A DNA stretch of 64,000 nt from an uncultured Spirochaetota bacterium. Its GTDB lineage: Bacteria; Spirochaetota; Spirochaetia; SZUA-6; Fen-1364. Shown one piece after another: positions 19,442 to 31,738 of this stretch (position 1 is its first letter; every line of letters begins with the position of its first letter). The translations under genes and the position numbers were made by a program. The notes under the pieces were generated by a model. That model saw only the letters and a list, made by a program, of their open reading frames with translations. It ran no database searches and was not told the origin of the DNA. The stretch is from the NCBI GenBank assembly GCA_963845535.1, contig CAWJSK010000019.1, positions 448,001-512,000 of the forward strand, in the 5' to 3' direction.

Positions 19442-19658
19442 TTGCTGCGCGTCAAGGGATCGAAGAGAAGGTATACCTCGAGCTCTATATCGATCAGTAT
19501 GGCACCATCGCAAGGTGGTCGTGCTGAAAGATCCTGGCTACGGTTTTGCCGAAGCGGCAATCAAGGCACTCAAGGGGGTGGTAGCAAAGCCGGTGCAGGC
19601 CAACGGGTAACCCGTGGCCGTGCGCTTTCGGTACCCCATCCGCTTCAAGCTGAAATAG
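19436..19658 (+). pseudogene. tonB: C-terminal fragment of energy transducer TonB
   Basis: PLAARQGIEEKVYLELYIDQYGTI / RKVVVLKDPGYGFAEAAIKALKG...ANG*PVAVRFRYPIRFKLK*; frameshift near 19510 and internal TAA at 19608. Confidence 0.75.
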
Positions 19659-20982
19659 GACTCCCCGCGATGGCCAGCAACTGAAGAGGGTCGCCTTTTC
19701 CTTTGACGCGCGTGGCCGGCAGCGGCTGCACGGGCAGGGATTTCCGCGCCTTCACGTCCAGATTGTCGTACACTGCCCGCGAGACAATGAGGTCCCTCCC
19801 GAAGGTCTTGCACAGGTCCTGGATCCGGGATGCCGTGTTCACGGCGTCTCCAATCACGGAGTATTCCAGAAGGTCGCCTTTTCCAATGTTTCCCGCAATC
19901 ACCTCTCCGCAGTGGACACCCATGCCGATCCCGATCGGCGCAAGATTGTCTGAAAGTCGCCGGGCGTTTATTGCGCTCAATTCCCGTCGCATCCCCAGGG
20001 CCGCTCTGACTGCATTCCCGCTGTCCACGCCGGCCGATGGGGAAGGCCGGGGCGTGCCAAAAGTAGCCAGGATGGCGTCACCGATGAACTTGTCGATGGA
20101 GCCTCCCGTGGCAAAGATCACCCGTGACATGCGTTCCCGGAACTCCGCAAGAAATGCGACAAGCTCATCTGGGGATATCTGCTCGGAAAGCCCGGTGAAA
20201 TCGCGTATGTCCATGAACAGAACGGCCACCTTCTGCCGCCGGCCACGGCGCAGGACCTCGGGGTTTGCTGTGATTTCTTCCACGACCCCCGGGGAAAAGT
20301 ACCGAGAAAGCACAACTTTCTGCTGTTGCGCGTCAGCAAGGCGCCGCACCATGGACACGGCTCTGTAAATGCTATAGATCGTGACAAGGCCAACGATAAT
20401 CACGATCACGGGACGTTTCAGCAGCGCGTCCAGGAGATACAGTTTCCCGCTCATGCGCGCCTCAGGAAAGCTGGTTGTCAGGTCAGCATGGCCGGAGAGG
20501 GCAAGACCGACAAGGAAGTACTGGATGGCGAGCATGAAGCTGATGGTGAGGACAACGGGCTTGATCCTCAACTGGAGGACCTGCAGAATCAGGGGGAAAA
20601 GAAGGATCCAGTAGTTTTCGTTTTTTAATGCGAGCACGTAGTCGGTACGGCCATCAGCCCCTGCGGACTGCATCAGGATCATCGCGAAAATGATCGAGCA
20701 ATCGAGCACGACGATAAGATAGTTGAAGGCCAGGGACCACGCCAGCTCGTGCTTGCGCAAAACGACCGTATTGACAATGGTCACGGTCCAGAACACAAGG
20801 AGCGCGATGATCGACGGCGCCGCGGTGCCGTCCTTGCGGAAAACGAACATCATCACAGTGAGGAGAAGCAGGAAGACATAGCGGAAGCGGTTCGCCATCA
20901 TCATAGCGTTCTCGCTTTCCTTCTCCAATGCGACGCGGACAACCGCCCCAGACGTCCTCTTCCCTGACCCAGCATCCTCCAT
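19645..20982 (-). CDS. membrane-bound class III adenylate/guanylate cyclase
   Basis: N-terminal TM helices; FMDIRDFT, IDKFIGDA, YSVIGDAVNTASR, VKGK. Confidence 0.92.
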   Translation of the reverse strand: MEDAGSGKRTSGAVVRVALEKESENAMMMANRFRYVFLLLLTVMMFVFRKDGTAAPSIIALLVFWTVTIVNTVVLRKHELAWSLAFNYLIVVLDCSIIFAMILMQSAGADGRTDYVLALKNENYWILLFPLILQVLQLRIKPVVLTISFMLAIQYFLVGLALSGHADLTTSFPEARMSGKLYLLDALLKRPVIVIIVGLVTIYSIYRAVSMVRRLADAQQQKVVLSRYFSPGVVEEITANPEVLRRGRRQKVAVLFMDIRDFTGLSEQISPDELVAFLAEFRERMSRVIFATGGSIDKFIGDAILATFGTPRPSPSAGVDSGNAVRAALGMRRELSAINARRLSDNLAPIGIGMGVHCGEVIAGNIGKGDLLEYSVIGDAVNTASRIQDLCKTFGRDLIVSRAVYDNLDVKARKSLPVQPLPATRVKGKGDPLQLLAIAGSPISA

Positions 20983-21007
20983 TTTTTCCTCTGACCTGAT
21001 GCTCTGC

Positions 21008-21682
21008 TCACGCCCCACGGGTCGCCTTGAAGTACAGCAGCGTGCCGTTTTTGAGCTCCTGCGCCGAGAAAGAGAACCCATGAGACTTGAAAGCCTCTGA
21101 AAGCTGCTTTTCAGAACGCAGCTCGCCACGGAAGCTTGTGCCGCGACGGTTGCGCTCCGGCACCGGAATGCTGCAGATGAAGCTGCCGCCTGGCTTCAAG
21201 ACGCGCCTGAGCTCCCCAAGAACTTTTTCGAGGGAGGTAAAGAAATTTAACGACAAGTTGCAAACCGCAACGTCGAAGCTATCCGAGGCAAAAGGCAGAT
21301 CCTCGGCCGCACAGGCGTACAGCTCGAAGGATGCGATGCGCGCTTTTTCAAATTTCCTCTTCGCCAGCCTGAGAAGCCCCTCACTCACGTCGATCCCGAA
21401 ATAGCGATTGTCGGGAGGCAACACTTCGGCGAGATTCCCGCTGCCGGTCGCAAGCTCAAGCACATCGGTCCGATGGAATCCGCAGAGCTGCGATCGCAGG
21501 AACTCCAGGTGCTTTTCGTATGAAGCTTCGAACTTCTTGGGGAACATCGATCCGGTCATGATGGGGTCATAGAGAAACGCTATCAGATCGCCCATCCATG
21601 GCTTCGGACTCTTCTCGTCCCCCGAACGGTGGACGCGGCCGATACCACCTCTATGTTCGATGCTAACTCCCTCTTTCAGCAT
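21008..21682 (-). CDS. class I SAM-dependent methyltransferase
   Basis: VLELATGSG, GIDVSEG, AEDLPFASDSFD, RVLKPGG. Confidence 0.88.
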   Translation of the reverse strand: MLKEGVSIEHRGGIGRVHRSGDEKSPKPWMGDLIAFLYDPIMTGSMFPKKFEASYEKHLEFLRSQLCGFHRTDVLELATGSGNLAEVLPPDNRYFGIDVSEGLLRLAKRKFEKARIASFELYACAAEDLPFASDSFDVAVCNLSLNFFTSLEKVLGELRRVLKPGGSFICSIPVPERNRRGTSFRGELRSEKQLSEAFKSHGFSFSAQELKNGTLLYFKATRGA

Positions 21683-21777
21683 GTTTTCTCCTTTCGTTTC
21701 TCCGCCTTCAAAGCACATGACGTACGAGGTTGTTTCTTATTGCATCGAGTGCGTTTTGCGACGGTAATCAATTGTTG

Positions 21778-21995
<218 letters not shown>

Positions 21996-22041
21996 AGGAC
22001 GCGCTCTTCAAGGCTTCGGCTTGAAGTACGAGAGATCCGTG

Positions 22042-24075
22042 CTAGTCTTCCCGTACTACCGCCACCCCGAGAGCCTCAAGTTCCAGCACGCCGTGCACCG
22101 TGGCGCCCGTTGTCATTTCACGTCCACTTTGAACCAGATGCACGGATTTCTTTGAGGTATCATGGTTCAGATAGAAACGGTAGGTTGCATGGTCGGTGCG
22201 CCGAACGCAGATTTCAACACCAGGGTCCAGGTCCTCGACAGTTGGGATTCCGGCTTCGTGGAGCGCCGGCCGGAGAAACGCTCGAAGCCCTCCCCTGTCG
22301 AGATAGGTGCCCAAGTAGAACGAAGCGCCCCGACCGAACGAGTTCCGCAGCGCGGCCGCGGTGCCCGAATAGTAGCGGCCTGAATAGGTAAGGAGCACTG
22401 AGGCTCCAGCGTCCGGCGTGACCAGCTCGGCAAGGTGCGCGGCGGGAAATCGTGCCCCGTTGGCAGAAATCACTTCAACGGGCTCAGTGGCCAGGTAGGA
22501 GAAGGTATCATAGTCTTCAACCCGGCCGCCTACGATATGGCGCAGGCCTGCAGGAAGCTGTTCCTCGTGTACCGCATTTTCCTCGTCCTTGACACTGCTT
22601 CGCGCGCCGATCACTGCGATGCCTCCCGCCTGGATATATTCCTGCAGCTTGTCGGCAAACTGGGGGCTGGACACGTGTTGTGCCGGAAGGATGAGCAGCT
22701 TATAGGAACCGAAGTCTCCGTCGGCAGAGACGATATCGGCCACTATTCCCAGGCGCGACAGCGCCGTTGCGTAGTCGTTCGCGAGCTGGTAATAGGAAAT
22801 CCCCTCCATGCTATGAGGCTGTATCTCGAGCGCCCACAAGCTGTCGTAATCATAGAGAATCGCAACATCGGTTGGGACGTGGCTTCCCGCGAGCTCCGAG
22901 CTGAGCGATCTCACTTCGGAGGCAAGCTGCGTGAGCTCCTGGTAGCGATATCCCGGCTGTCCATGGTGAGGCAGGATCCCGTGCCAATATTGCTCGGTGC
23001 CGAAACGGGCGGTGCGCCAACGGAAGAAACTGACGTAATCAGCCCCGTGCGCGATGGCTTGGTAAGCCCAGATTTTCATCCGGCCGGGTTCTGGAGTAGA
23101 ATAGAACCGATCCCAGCCTCCCGGCCCCGACGCTTGCTCCATGACCCATACGTTGCGGCTTTTCAAGCCGCGCATGAGATCGTGGGGCAAGGGAGACGGC
23201 GGCTGATGAGCGGTTTGCGGTTGGAAAAACGGGTAGTTGTCCCACGATACCACGTCGAGGTCACGCGCCAGGTCGAAGTAGTTGATGTCGGTGAACGCGC
23301 CCATCAGATTGTGCGTGACAGGTCGTGACGGGCTGCTGGCCCGGATGATATCTGCAAGTTCGCGATTGAATGAGACCTGGACATCGGAAGAAAACCTGAA
23401 AAAGTCGAGCAGGAGTCCGGGATTTTGTCCGGCCATGCCCCTTCGATCAGCGGTGTCGCGGGGCAGTGAGATTTCGGAGAAGTCATTGTATTGCTGGCTC
23501 CAGAATGCCGTACCCCATGCCTCGTTAAGGCGGCCGATGTCTTTGAATCGACGCGACAGCCATGATTGAAAGGCGCGCTCGCAATGGGCGCAATAGCATC
23601 TGGCGGTTCCGTGGCATCCGAGCTCGTTGTCCGTTTGCCATGCAACCACGCCCGGATGGCACCCGAAATGCTTCGTAACAATCTCGGTGATCTCGAGGGC
23701 ATGCCGACGGTAGCCAGGATGATTCTTGCAGGCATCCTGGCGCTGACCGAACTCTTTGATCTGTCCGTTGCTCTTGATCTGGTGGATGTCCGGAAACTTC
23801 CGGTGCAGCCAGGCCGGATACGTAGGCGTCGGTGTGCAGAGGATGGCTGAAAGCTTATGATGAGCCAGCACTGCAAGGACGCGCTCGAGCCAACCGAACT
23901 CAAGCCTTCCTTCGACTGGTTCGAACATGTGCCAGGCGAACTCCGCAAGGCGGACCGTCGCAATGCCGGCTCGTACCATGAGCTCTGCATCAACCTCCCA
24001 GCGGGTTTCCGGCCACTGCTCGGGGTAATACGCTACGCCGAGATGAAGGCGTGGACCGTCACTGGCCTTTGTCAT
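22042..24075 (-). CDS. beta-galactosidase, GH42
   Basis: GVAYYPEQW, LAEFAW, WQTDNE, WGTAFWSQ, WVMEQ, GTEQYWHG. Confidence 0.95.
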   Translation of the reverse strand: MTKASDGPRLHLGVAYYPEQWPETRWEVDAELMVRAGIATVRLAEFAWHMFEPVEGRLEFGWLERVLAVLAHHKLSAILCTPTPTYPAWLHRKFPDIHQIKSNGQIKEFGQRQDACKNHPGYRRHALEITEIVTKHFGCHPGVVAWQTDNELGCHGTARCYCAHCERAFQSWLSRRFKDIGRLNEAWGTAFWSQQYNDFSEISLPRDTADRRGMAGQNPGLLLDFFRFSSDVQVSFNRELADIIRASSPSRPVTHNLMGAFTDINYFDLARDLDVVSWDNYPFFQPQTAHQPPSPLPHDLMRGLKSRNVWVMEQASGPGGWDRFYSTPEPGRMKIWAYQAIAHGADYVSFFRWRTARFGTEQYWHGILPHHGQPGYRYQELTQLASEVRSLSSELAGSHVPTDVAILYDYDSLWALEIQPHSMEGISYYQLANDYATALSRLGIVADIVSADGDFGSYKLLILPAQHVSSPQFADKLQEYIQAGGIAVIGARSSVKDEENAVHEEQLPAGLRHIVGGRVEDYDTFSYLATEPVEVISANGARFPAAHLAELVTPDAGASVLLTYSGRYYSGTAAALRNSFGRGASFYLGTYLDRGGLRAFLRPALHEAGIPTVEDLDPGVEICVRRTDHATYRFYLNHDTSKKSVHLVQSGREMTTGATVHGVLELEALGVAVVRED

Positions 24076-24141
24076 GATGTGCCGCCTCCCTCGATCGTTC
24101 TTTCATACCCATCTGTGGACGGTGCGCACCGTGTGGTGCGG

Positions 24142-25053
24142 TCACGCCTTTATGCTCCCTGTGGCAATTCCTGCCGCGATATGTTTCCGCAAGAACGGGA
24201 ACAGAATAGCCATCGGCAGGACTGAAAGCGCTGAGCCGAGGATTATCAGCGGATAAGGAGGAATGCCGGTGGCCGGATTGATGAGCTTGGAAACCCACAT
24301 TTGGAGCCCCAGAGTGGCGGGAAAGAGTCTGGAGCTGCTCAAGACCAGAAGGGGCAGAAAGAAATTGTTCCACGAGGATATGAAGCTTATCAGGAACAGG
24401 GTAACGAGCCCCGGGCTTATGATGGGAATTGCAATACGCCTGAAGATCTGGTAGTCGCTGGCTCCGTCGATCCGCCCGGAATCGATGAGCTCGTTCGGCA
24501 TGGTTTCTCCCACGTAGACGTTCATGAAATACACTCCGAAGGGACTGGCAAGCAGCGGGAGGATGACCGCCACGTAGGTATCCATCAATCCAAGGCTCTT
24601 TATCAGCAGAAAGACAGGAATCGTGAGCGTCGCCGCAGGAAGCAAGAGCGCCACGAGCACCATGAACCTGACTGCATCCCGCAGCTTGAACTGGTATTTT
24701 GACAGTGCGTAGCCTGCCAGCGCGCTGATCAGAGTCCCCAGTCCAGCGGTCACGGTGGAATAGATGATCGAGTTGAGATACCACCGCCAATAAGCTCCCC
24801 CTTCTTTCTGACCCAGCTCCCGCAGATTGGTTACGAGGCCAGAGAGAGACGACGGAGCGAACATGGGGGTGTTGAAGAGCTGGTCGGTTGACTTTGACGT
24901 CGAAACCAGGAGCCAGAAGAGTGGAAGGATGAAGTACATCGCAAGCAGGCTCATGGGGAAGAGAATAAGAACCCCAATGACAACCCGACGGCGGGCATAC
25001 GAGCGGCCGTGGTACAACCGCTGCAAAGCGGAGGAGCCGACTGGGGTGTTCAT
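24142..25053 (-). CDS. carbohydrate ABC transporter permease
   Basis: ELIDSGRIDGAS EAA loop, SWNNFFLP. Confidence 0.92.
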   Translation of the reverse strand: MNTPVGSSALQRLYHGRSYARRRVVIGVLILFPMSLLAMYFILPLFWLLVSTSKSTDQLFNTPMFAPSSLSGLVTNLRELGQKEGGAYWRWYLNSIIYSTVTAGLGTLISALAGYALSKYQFKLRDAVRFMVLVALLLPAATLTIPVFLLIKSLGLMDTYVAVILPLLASPFGVYFMNVYVGETMPNELIDSGRIDGASDYQIFRRIAIPIISPGLVTLFLISFISSWNNFFLPLLVLSSSRLFPATLGLQMWVSKLINPATGIPPYPLIILGSALSVLPMAILFPFLRKHIAAGIATGSIKA

Positions 25054-25979
25054 TTTGTCACCCCTCGCGCGTCATAGCTGCCATTCCTGCGACGCGCCAT
25101 CCGTTGTTCCCCCGAGGTCAGGTACAGGAAGAGCAGCGACGCGCACAGCGTAACGAACGCCAGGAAGAATGACAGAGTCGCCGAATAATGAAAATTGTAA
25201 TACGCGAAGGCCATGTTGTATATGTACACATTGGGCGTAAAGTCTGAAGGGACGGCGGTGAGGCTCGACAGGATGAAGGGCTCATTGAAGAGCTGAAAGG
25301 TACCTATTATCGAGAGAATCCAGGTGAATATGATCACCGGTCGAATGAGGGGCAGCTTTATCCGAATAGCGGTCTGAAACTCGTTGCAGCCATCTATCTT
25401 GGCGGCATCGTAGAGCTCGAGCGGCAAGGATGTCAGTCCCGCAAAGTACAGGGTCATGTTGTATCCTGTCCATTCCCAGGTCACGATGTTTACGATGCTG
25501 AAAAGGAGGTTGCTCTGGGAGAGGAGGTCGGGTGGTTTGCCATGACGAAAGATGCCGAGCACGGCAAGCAGGGGGTTGAGTTGCGGCGAATACAGAAAGC
25601 CCCACATGAGAGCAGCAATGACGCCAGGGACCGCATAGGGGAGAAAGTAAAGGAGGCGGAAGGTGGCCCTGGCTTTGATGATTGGACTGTCAAGCAACAG
25701 CGCAAGGGCAAGGGCAAGAATCAGCATGATCAGAAGTTGCATGACGCCAAATCGGGCCACGGTGAGGATCGAAGACCAGAAAGATCCGTCCTTGAATGCC
25801 GTAATGTAGTTGGCAAATCCAACAAAGGTGCCGCGCCCCGTACGGCCCGCGTACAGGCTGAGGCGGAAGGCGTAGAGCAGCGGATAGATGAAAAAGCCGA
25901 AAAAGAGAACGAGAAAAGGCGCGAGCATTATATAAGGTACGGCTCGGGAACTCCAAGAGCGCTGGCTGACGATCATCAT
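25050..25979 (-). CDS. carbohydrate ABC transporter permease
   Basis: WEWTGYNM, ELYDAAKIDG, FQLFNEP. Confidence 0.92.
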   Translation of the reverse strand: MMIVSQRSWSSRAVPYIMLAPFLVLFFGFFIYPLLYAFRLSLYAGRTGRGTFVGFANYITAFKDGSFWSSILTVARFGVMQLLIMLILALALALLLDSPIIKARATFRLLYFLPYAVPGVIAALMWGFLYSPQLNPLLAVLGIFRHGKPPDLLSQSNLLFSIVNIVTWEWTGYNMTLYFAGLTSLPLELYDAAKIDGCNEFQTAIRIKLPLIRPVIIFTWILSIIGTFQLFNEPFILSSLTAVPSDFTPNVYIYNMAFAYYNFHYSATLSFFLAFVTLCASLLFLYLTSGEQRMARRRNGSYDARGVTK

Positions 25980-26026
25980 CAACTCCTGCAAACTAGACCC
26001 GCGTCGCTTCCCAACGAAAGGGAAAG

Positions 26027-26055
26027 GGCCCTGATCAAGGGATCAGATCAGGGCC
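26027..26055. other. intercistronic stem-loop between binding-protein and permease genes
   Basis: GGCCCTGATC (26027-26036) / GATCAGGGCC (26046-26055) perfect 10-bp inverted repeat. Confidence 0.6.
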
Positions 26056-26087
26056 ATGCATAAGCAACGGCAGACTCGCGAAATCAG

Positions 26088-27464
26088 TTAGTCAGCGACC
26101 TTGAATCCCTGGCTTCGCGCAAAACCCACTACCTTGTCTTGAAGGTTCTGCAGGGCCTGGTCGGTTGTGATCTTGCCGCTAAACAGATTGGTAAACTGTA
26201 CCTGCATCTCGTTGTACACATAGCTCGTCCACGGGCTCCATTCGAAGCTCTTGTCGACCCATGGCATCATCTTCGTGAAAATCGAGTTTGCAGTCTGGCC
26301 ACCAAGGAACGCATTCGGGCCGGCGAAGCTTGGCAGCTTGCCGGAGCTCACCTGAGCAGTGAAGAGCCCGGATCCTCCCTGGCCGATGTCGGTGGACAGG
26401 ACGGCGACAGCGTCTTTGTGCGTGTTGATCCATGCTGCAAAGAGAGCGGAAGCTTCGGGATATTTGGTCTGCGTGGTAACAGCATCCGTCGATCCTCCCC
26501 AGTTGCTGTCCACCTTGTCCCCCATGTTCCACTGCGGCATCTCGGCGACGCGCCACTGTTGCGTTGTTCCCTTCTCCATGTAGGGCTCGATCTCATAGGT
26601 TGGGGACCAGGCTGCGCCAATCACGGCGGCATAGGCTCCCTGACCGAGATTATGGCTCCATTCCGGCGTCCAGGCGTTGGCTACCTGCACATATCCCTTT
26701 TTGACAAGCCCTAGCCAGTAATTCATGACCTTCTTGGCTGCTTCGCTCGTGAAATTGATCTTCCAGCCGTTCGGCGTGTTCTTGAATGGGAAAACTCCGC
26801 CCTGCCACAGCAGTCCGTTGATCTCGCCCTGGTCGTTCACGGCAATGAAGGTCAGGTATTTTGTCGGGTCGGCCTGATGAAGAAGCGCTCCGGCGCGTTC
26901 GAATTCCGCCCATGTCCTCGGAACCCGGATATGATGCTTGTCGAACAGATCCTTTCGGTAAATCAGCCCTTCTGGTCCGGCGTCCTGAGGGATTGCATAG
27001 AGTTTCCCGTTCAAGAAAACCTGGTTCCACGTCCACTCGGGAAAAAGCGGCTTGGTGTCGCCAACGTACTGTGAGATATCCATGAGACCGCTGGTCTCAA
27101 CGAACTGCGGCAGGGCTTGAAACTCCACCTGCACGACGTCCGGAGCGCCGCTGCCTGCCTGTATTGCGGTAGCGAGCTTTGTGTATTCGGGCTGCCCCTG
27201 TCCAACGCTCTTCAGGTCGACCTGAATGCTCGGAAAGGCCTTCTGAAACAGAGGTACGAGCTTGTCCGCGTTCGCTATCCATGTCCAGACAGTAATCGAG
27301 GCTGGTGTGGAGAGCTCCGGCCACACTGGTTCGCTATAGCCGCTCGCATCAGTGTTGATTTTGAGCTTCATTGCCTGGGCGGATGCGGCTTGGCCCACCG
27401 CCAATAGGAGCAAACAGCCTATGGCAACAAAAAGCACCGTAGAAAGGACTGTTCTGGTTCTCAT
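26088..27464 (-). CDS. sugar ABC transporter substrate-binding protein
   Basis: signal peptide, GSGAPDVVQVE, YAIPQDAGP, WGGST; GAGGAGG RBS. Confidence 0.92.
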   Translation of the reverse strand: MRTRTVLSTVLFVAIGCLLLLAVGQAASAQAMKLKINTDASGYSEPVWPELSTPASITVWTWIANADKLVPLFQKAFPSIQVDLKSVGQGQPEYTKLATAIQAGSGAPDVVQVEFQALPQFVETSGLMDISQYVGDTKPLFPEWTWNQVFLNGKLYAIPQDAGPEGLIYRKDLFDKHHIRVPRTWAEFERAGALLHQADPTKYLTFIAVNDQGEINGLLWQGGVFPFKNTPNGWKINFTSEAAKKVMNYWLGLVKKGYVQVANAWTPEWSHNLGQGAYAAVIGAAWSPTYEIEPYMEKGTTQQWRVAEMPQWNMGDKVDSNWGGSTDAVTTQTKYPEASALFAAWINTHKDAVAVLSTDIGQGGSGLFTAQVSSGKLPSFAGPNAFLGGQTANSIFTKMMPWVDKSFEWSPWTSYVYNEMQVQFTNLFSGKITTDQALQNLQDKVVGFARSQGFKVAD

Positions 27465-27477
27465 GCCATTCCTCCTC

Positions 27478-27596
27478 ATATTGGTATATGATATTGGTAT
27501 ATGTCCGAGCGATAATACCACCTCCATAGATATTGTCAAGCAAAAAGTTGCCAACTTGACAGTCACAGGATTGAAAGCTATAAAGCTATACCAATA
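27478..27596. promoter_or_regulatory. divergent sigma70 promoters with repeated TATTGGTATA operator
   Basis: ATATTGGTATATG twice in tandem (27478-27503), inverted copy 27587-27596; plus-strand TTGACA 27556 /17/ TATAAA; minus-strand TTGACA 27539 /16/ TATTAT. Confidence 0.7.
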
Positions 27597-27616
27597 GGCT
27601 ATTCTATCTGGTCAAT

Positions 27617-28744
27617 ATGATGACGAAGTACAAACGCGTTCAGGAATGGATACTCGAAGCACTCGAAAGCGGGAAGTTCAAGGCTGGCGATTTGCTTCCC
27701 TCGGAGGGCGAACTGTGCGAGTTGCTTTCAGTCGGGCGGAACTCGGTTCGCACCGCCCTGAGCAATCTCTCCCACGCGGGGATTGTCGACACAAAGAAAG
27801 GCGTCGGGACTTTCTGCGTTGGGGCGCGTAAGAGCGGTACGATGACGGTGGGTTTCGTTTCCCTGTACTCGCAGGAGTATATCTTTCCTCGAATCGTGCA
27901 GGGCTGCAACAACACACTGTCGAAGAACGGCTACCACCTTGTCCTGTCCGAGTCTATGGAAGATACGAAAGTCGAGCGCGATGTTTTGACAAAGCTATGG
28001 AATCTGAAAGTTGACGGCATTATCCTCCAGCCGGCGTACGATGGTCGGGATCCGATGAACCTGGATCTGCTACGAGATATTCAGCTTTCCGGCATCCCGA
28101 TCATGCTGATCGACAATTTTTATCCCGGCCATCAGTTCAACGCCGTCGTGATGAACGACCGCGCCGGCGGCAGGCTGGCAGCATCCTATCTCTGGCAACG
28201 AGGTCACCGTCGAATCGGTATCGTCTATCATAAGAACTACTACCCGAAGATACTGCGAATGCAGGGAGCGCTCGAGTTCCTTCGGGAGGCCGGACAGACG
28301 GCGGCGGAAGATTGGATCATCGGCTATGACAGGAAGAAGAACGCTGGCGATATCAAGGATCAAATCTCCGAGAGTTTCGCGGAGGCGGCGAAAAGAGGCC
28401 GGCCTTTTCCGACCGCTTTCGTGTGCACGAATGATCAGGAAGCAATGGAGCTCATCCGTGTGGGACGCGACTATCGACTCGCTTTTCCTCGAGACCTGTC
28501 AGTCGTGAGCTTTGACAATTCTGCGCTCGCAGATCTTCCGGACCTGCCGCTGACATCAATCAATCATCCAAGCCAATACATGGGGGCCACGGCGGCGAAC
28601 CTGCTGCTCGAAAAAGTCAGGGACGGGGGGATTCGTACGAGCACTGTCACCATCATTGAACCGGAGCTGATCGAACGCAATTCGGTCACCGACCTGAGGG
28701 ATCGGACTTTCCCAGTCGATCGACTCGGCGAAGGTAGAGCATGA
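27617..28744 (+). CDS. GntR-HTH / LacI-type sensor transcriptional regulator (AraR-like)
   Basis: LPSEGELCELLSVGRNSVRTAL GntR HTH plus periplasmic-binding-like domain (DLSVVSFD, LTSINHP). Confidence 0.9.
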   Translation: MMTKYKRVQEWILEALESGKFKAGDLLPSEGELCELLSVGRNSVRTALSNLSHAGIVDTKKGVGTFCVGARKSGTMTVGFVSLYSQEYIFPRIVQGCNNTLSKNGYHLVLSESMEDTKVERDVLTKLWNLKVDGIILQPAYDGRDPMNLDLLRDIQLSGIPIMLIDNFYPGHQFNAVVMNDRAGGRLAASYLWQRGHRRIGIVYHKNYYPKILRMQGALEFLREAGQTAAEDWIIGYDRKKNAGDIKDQISESFAEAAKRGRPFPTAFVCTNDQEAMELIRVGRDYRLAFPRDLSVVSFDNSALADLPDLPLTSINHPSQYMGATAANLLLEKVRDGGIRTSTVTIIEPELIERNSVTDLRDRTFPVDRLGEGRA

Positions 28745-28822
28745 GTTTCGCATCCGTATCCCGCGGAAAAACGCGCGTCGTGTTGCGTGCAAGCTGCCTG
28801 TTGGCGCCCAGGATCAGCATCT

Positions 28823-29575
28823 TCATAGGGATGTGCCTTCGTTGATCACCCTCAGCGCGTTCAGTGTACGGGGATAGCCAATAAACGGCAGCAACTGCGT
28901 CACCGTGCTGACAAGCACGGCGCGGTCATTGCCGACGGCGAGATTCGCGGCGACGTGCCCTGCAATCTGGGACTCGCACCCGCCGAGCGCCGCAAGCATC
29001 GAGAACGTCAGAAGCTCGCGGATCTTCAGATCCAACCCGGTGCGCGTATAGAAGTCACCGAAGCAATTGGCCGTGAGGAGCCTCTGGACATGGGCCTGGT
29101 CCCTCGGAGACTCTTTGTGCATCCGGTCGATCCGATCTCCAAAGGCCCGTCTCTGAACTTCAAGACCCTTCTCGAACCTCGTCTCGGTCGTCGTTGTGGA
29201 CTGGTCCTCGAGCGGCAACGCGATCCCCCGAGTCCGCAATGCCGCGTTGGTGGCGTTAAGAAAGTCGAAGACCCGAGCCATCCCGACGTAGGGAACCGCT
29301 TGATAGACGATCTCTTTGACCTCGATCGGCGTCACGCCACCATTGAGCGCGCCGCTGAGCATGACGCTGTACTCGTTCACCGCCTGGCAGGCGATGATTG
29401 CCGCGAGTTGAACCATAAGTCGCGTCCTCTGGTCGAGGACTGACTCCTTCAGCACCTCGTCGAATGCCCAGTTGTCGAAGACTTCGACGAGCTGCGGATC
29501 GGTTCCCGCCAGGGTCGACCTGCGGTTCGCGAACAGCGAGTCGTGATTCCGCTGCGCCTCTCTGCTGATTGCCAT
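28823..29575 (-). CDS. carboxymuconolactone decarboxylase family protein (two domains)
   Basis: EIVYQAVPYVG, NCFGDFYTRTGLD, PFIGYPRTLNA. Confidence 0.9.
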   Translation of the reverse strand: MAISREAQRNHDSLFANRRSTLAGTDPQLVEVFDNWAFDEVLKESVLDQRTRLMVQLAAIIACQAVNEYSVMLSGALNGGVTPIEVKEIVYQAVPYVGMARVFDFLNATNAALRTRGIALPLEDQSTTTTETRFEKGLEVQRRAFGDRIDRMHKESPRDQAHVQRLLTANCFGDFYTRTGLDLKIRELLTFSMLAALGGCESQIAGHVAANLAVGNDRAVLVSTVTQLLPFIGYPRTLNALRVINEGTSL

Positions 29576-29586
29576 GGCTCGCCTGT

Positions 29587-31672
<2,086 letters not shown>

Positions 31673-31738
31673 GGTCACCGTCTCCTTTATACGTGTTTGC
31701 CGTTTGTGGCGTGGTACGTCAAAATTGCGCCCGCCCTT

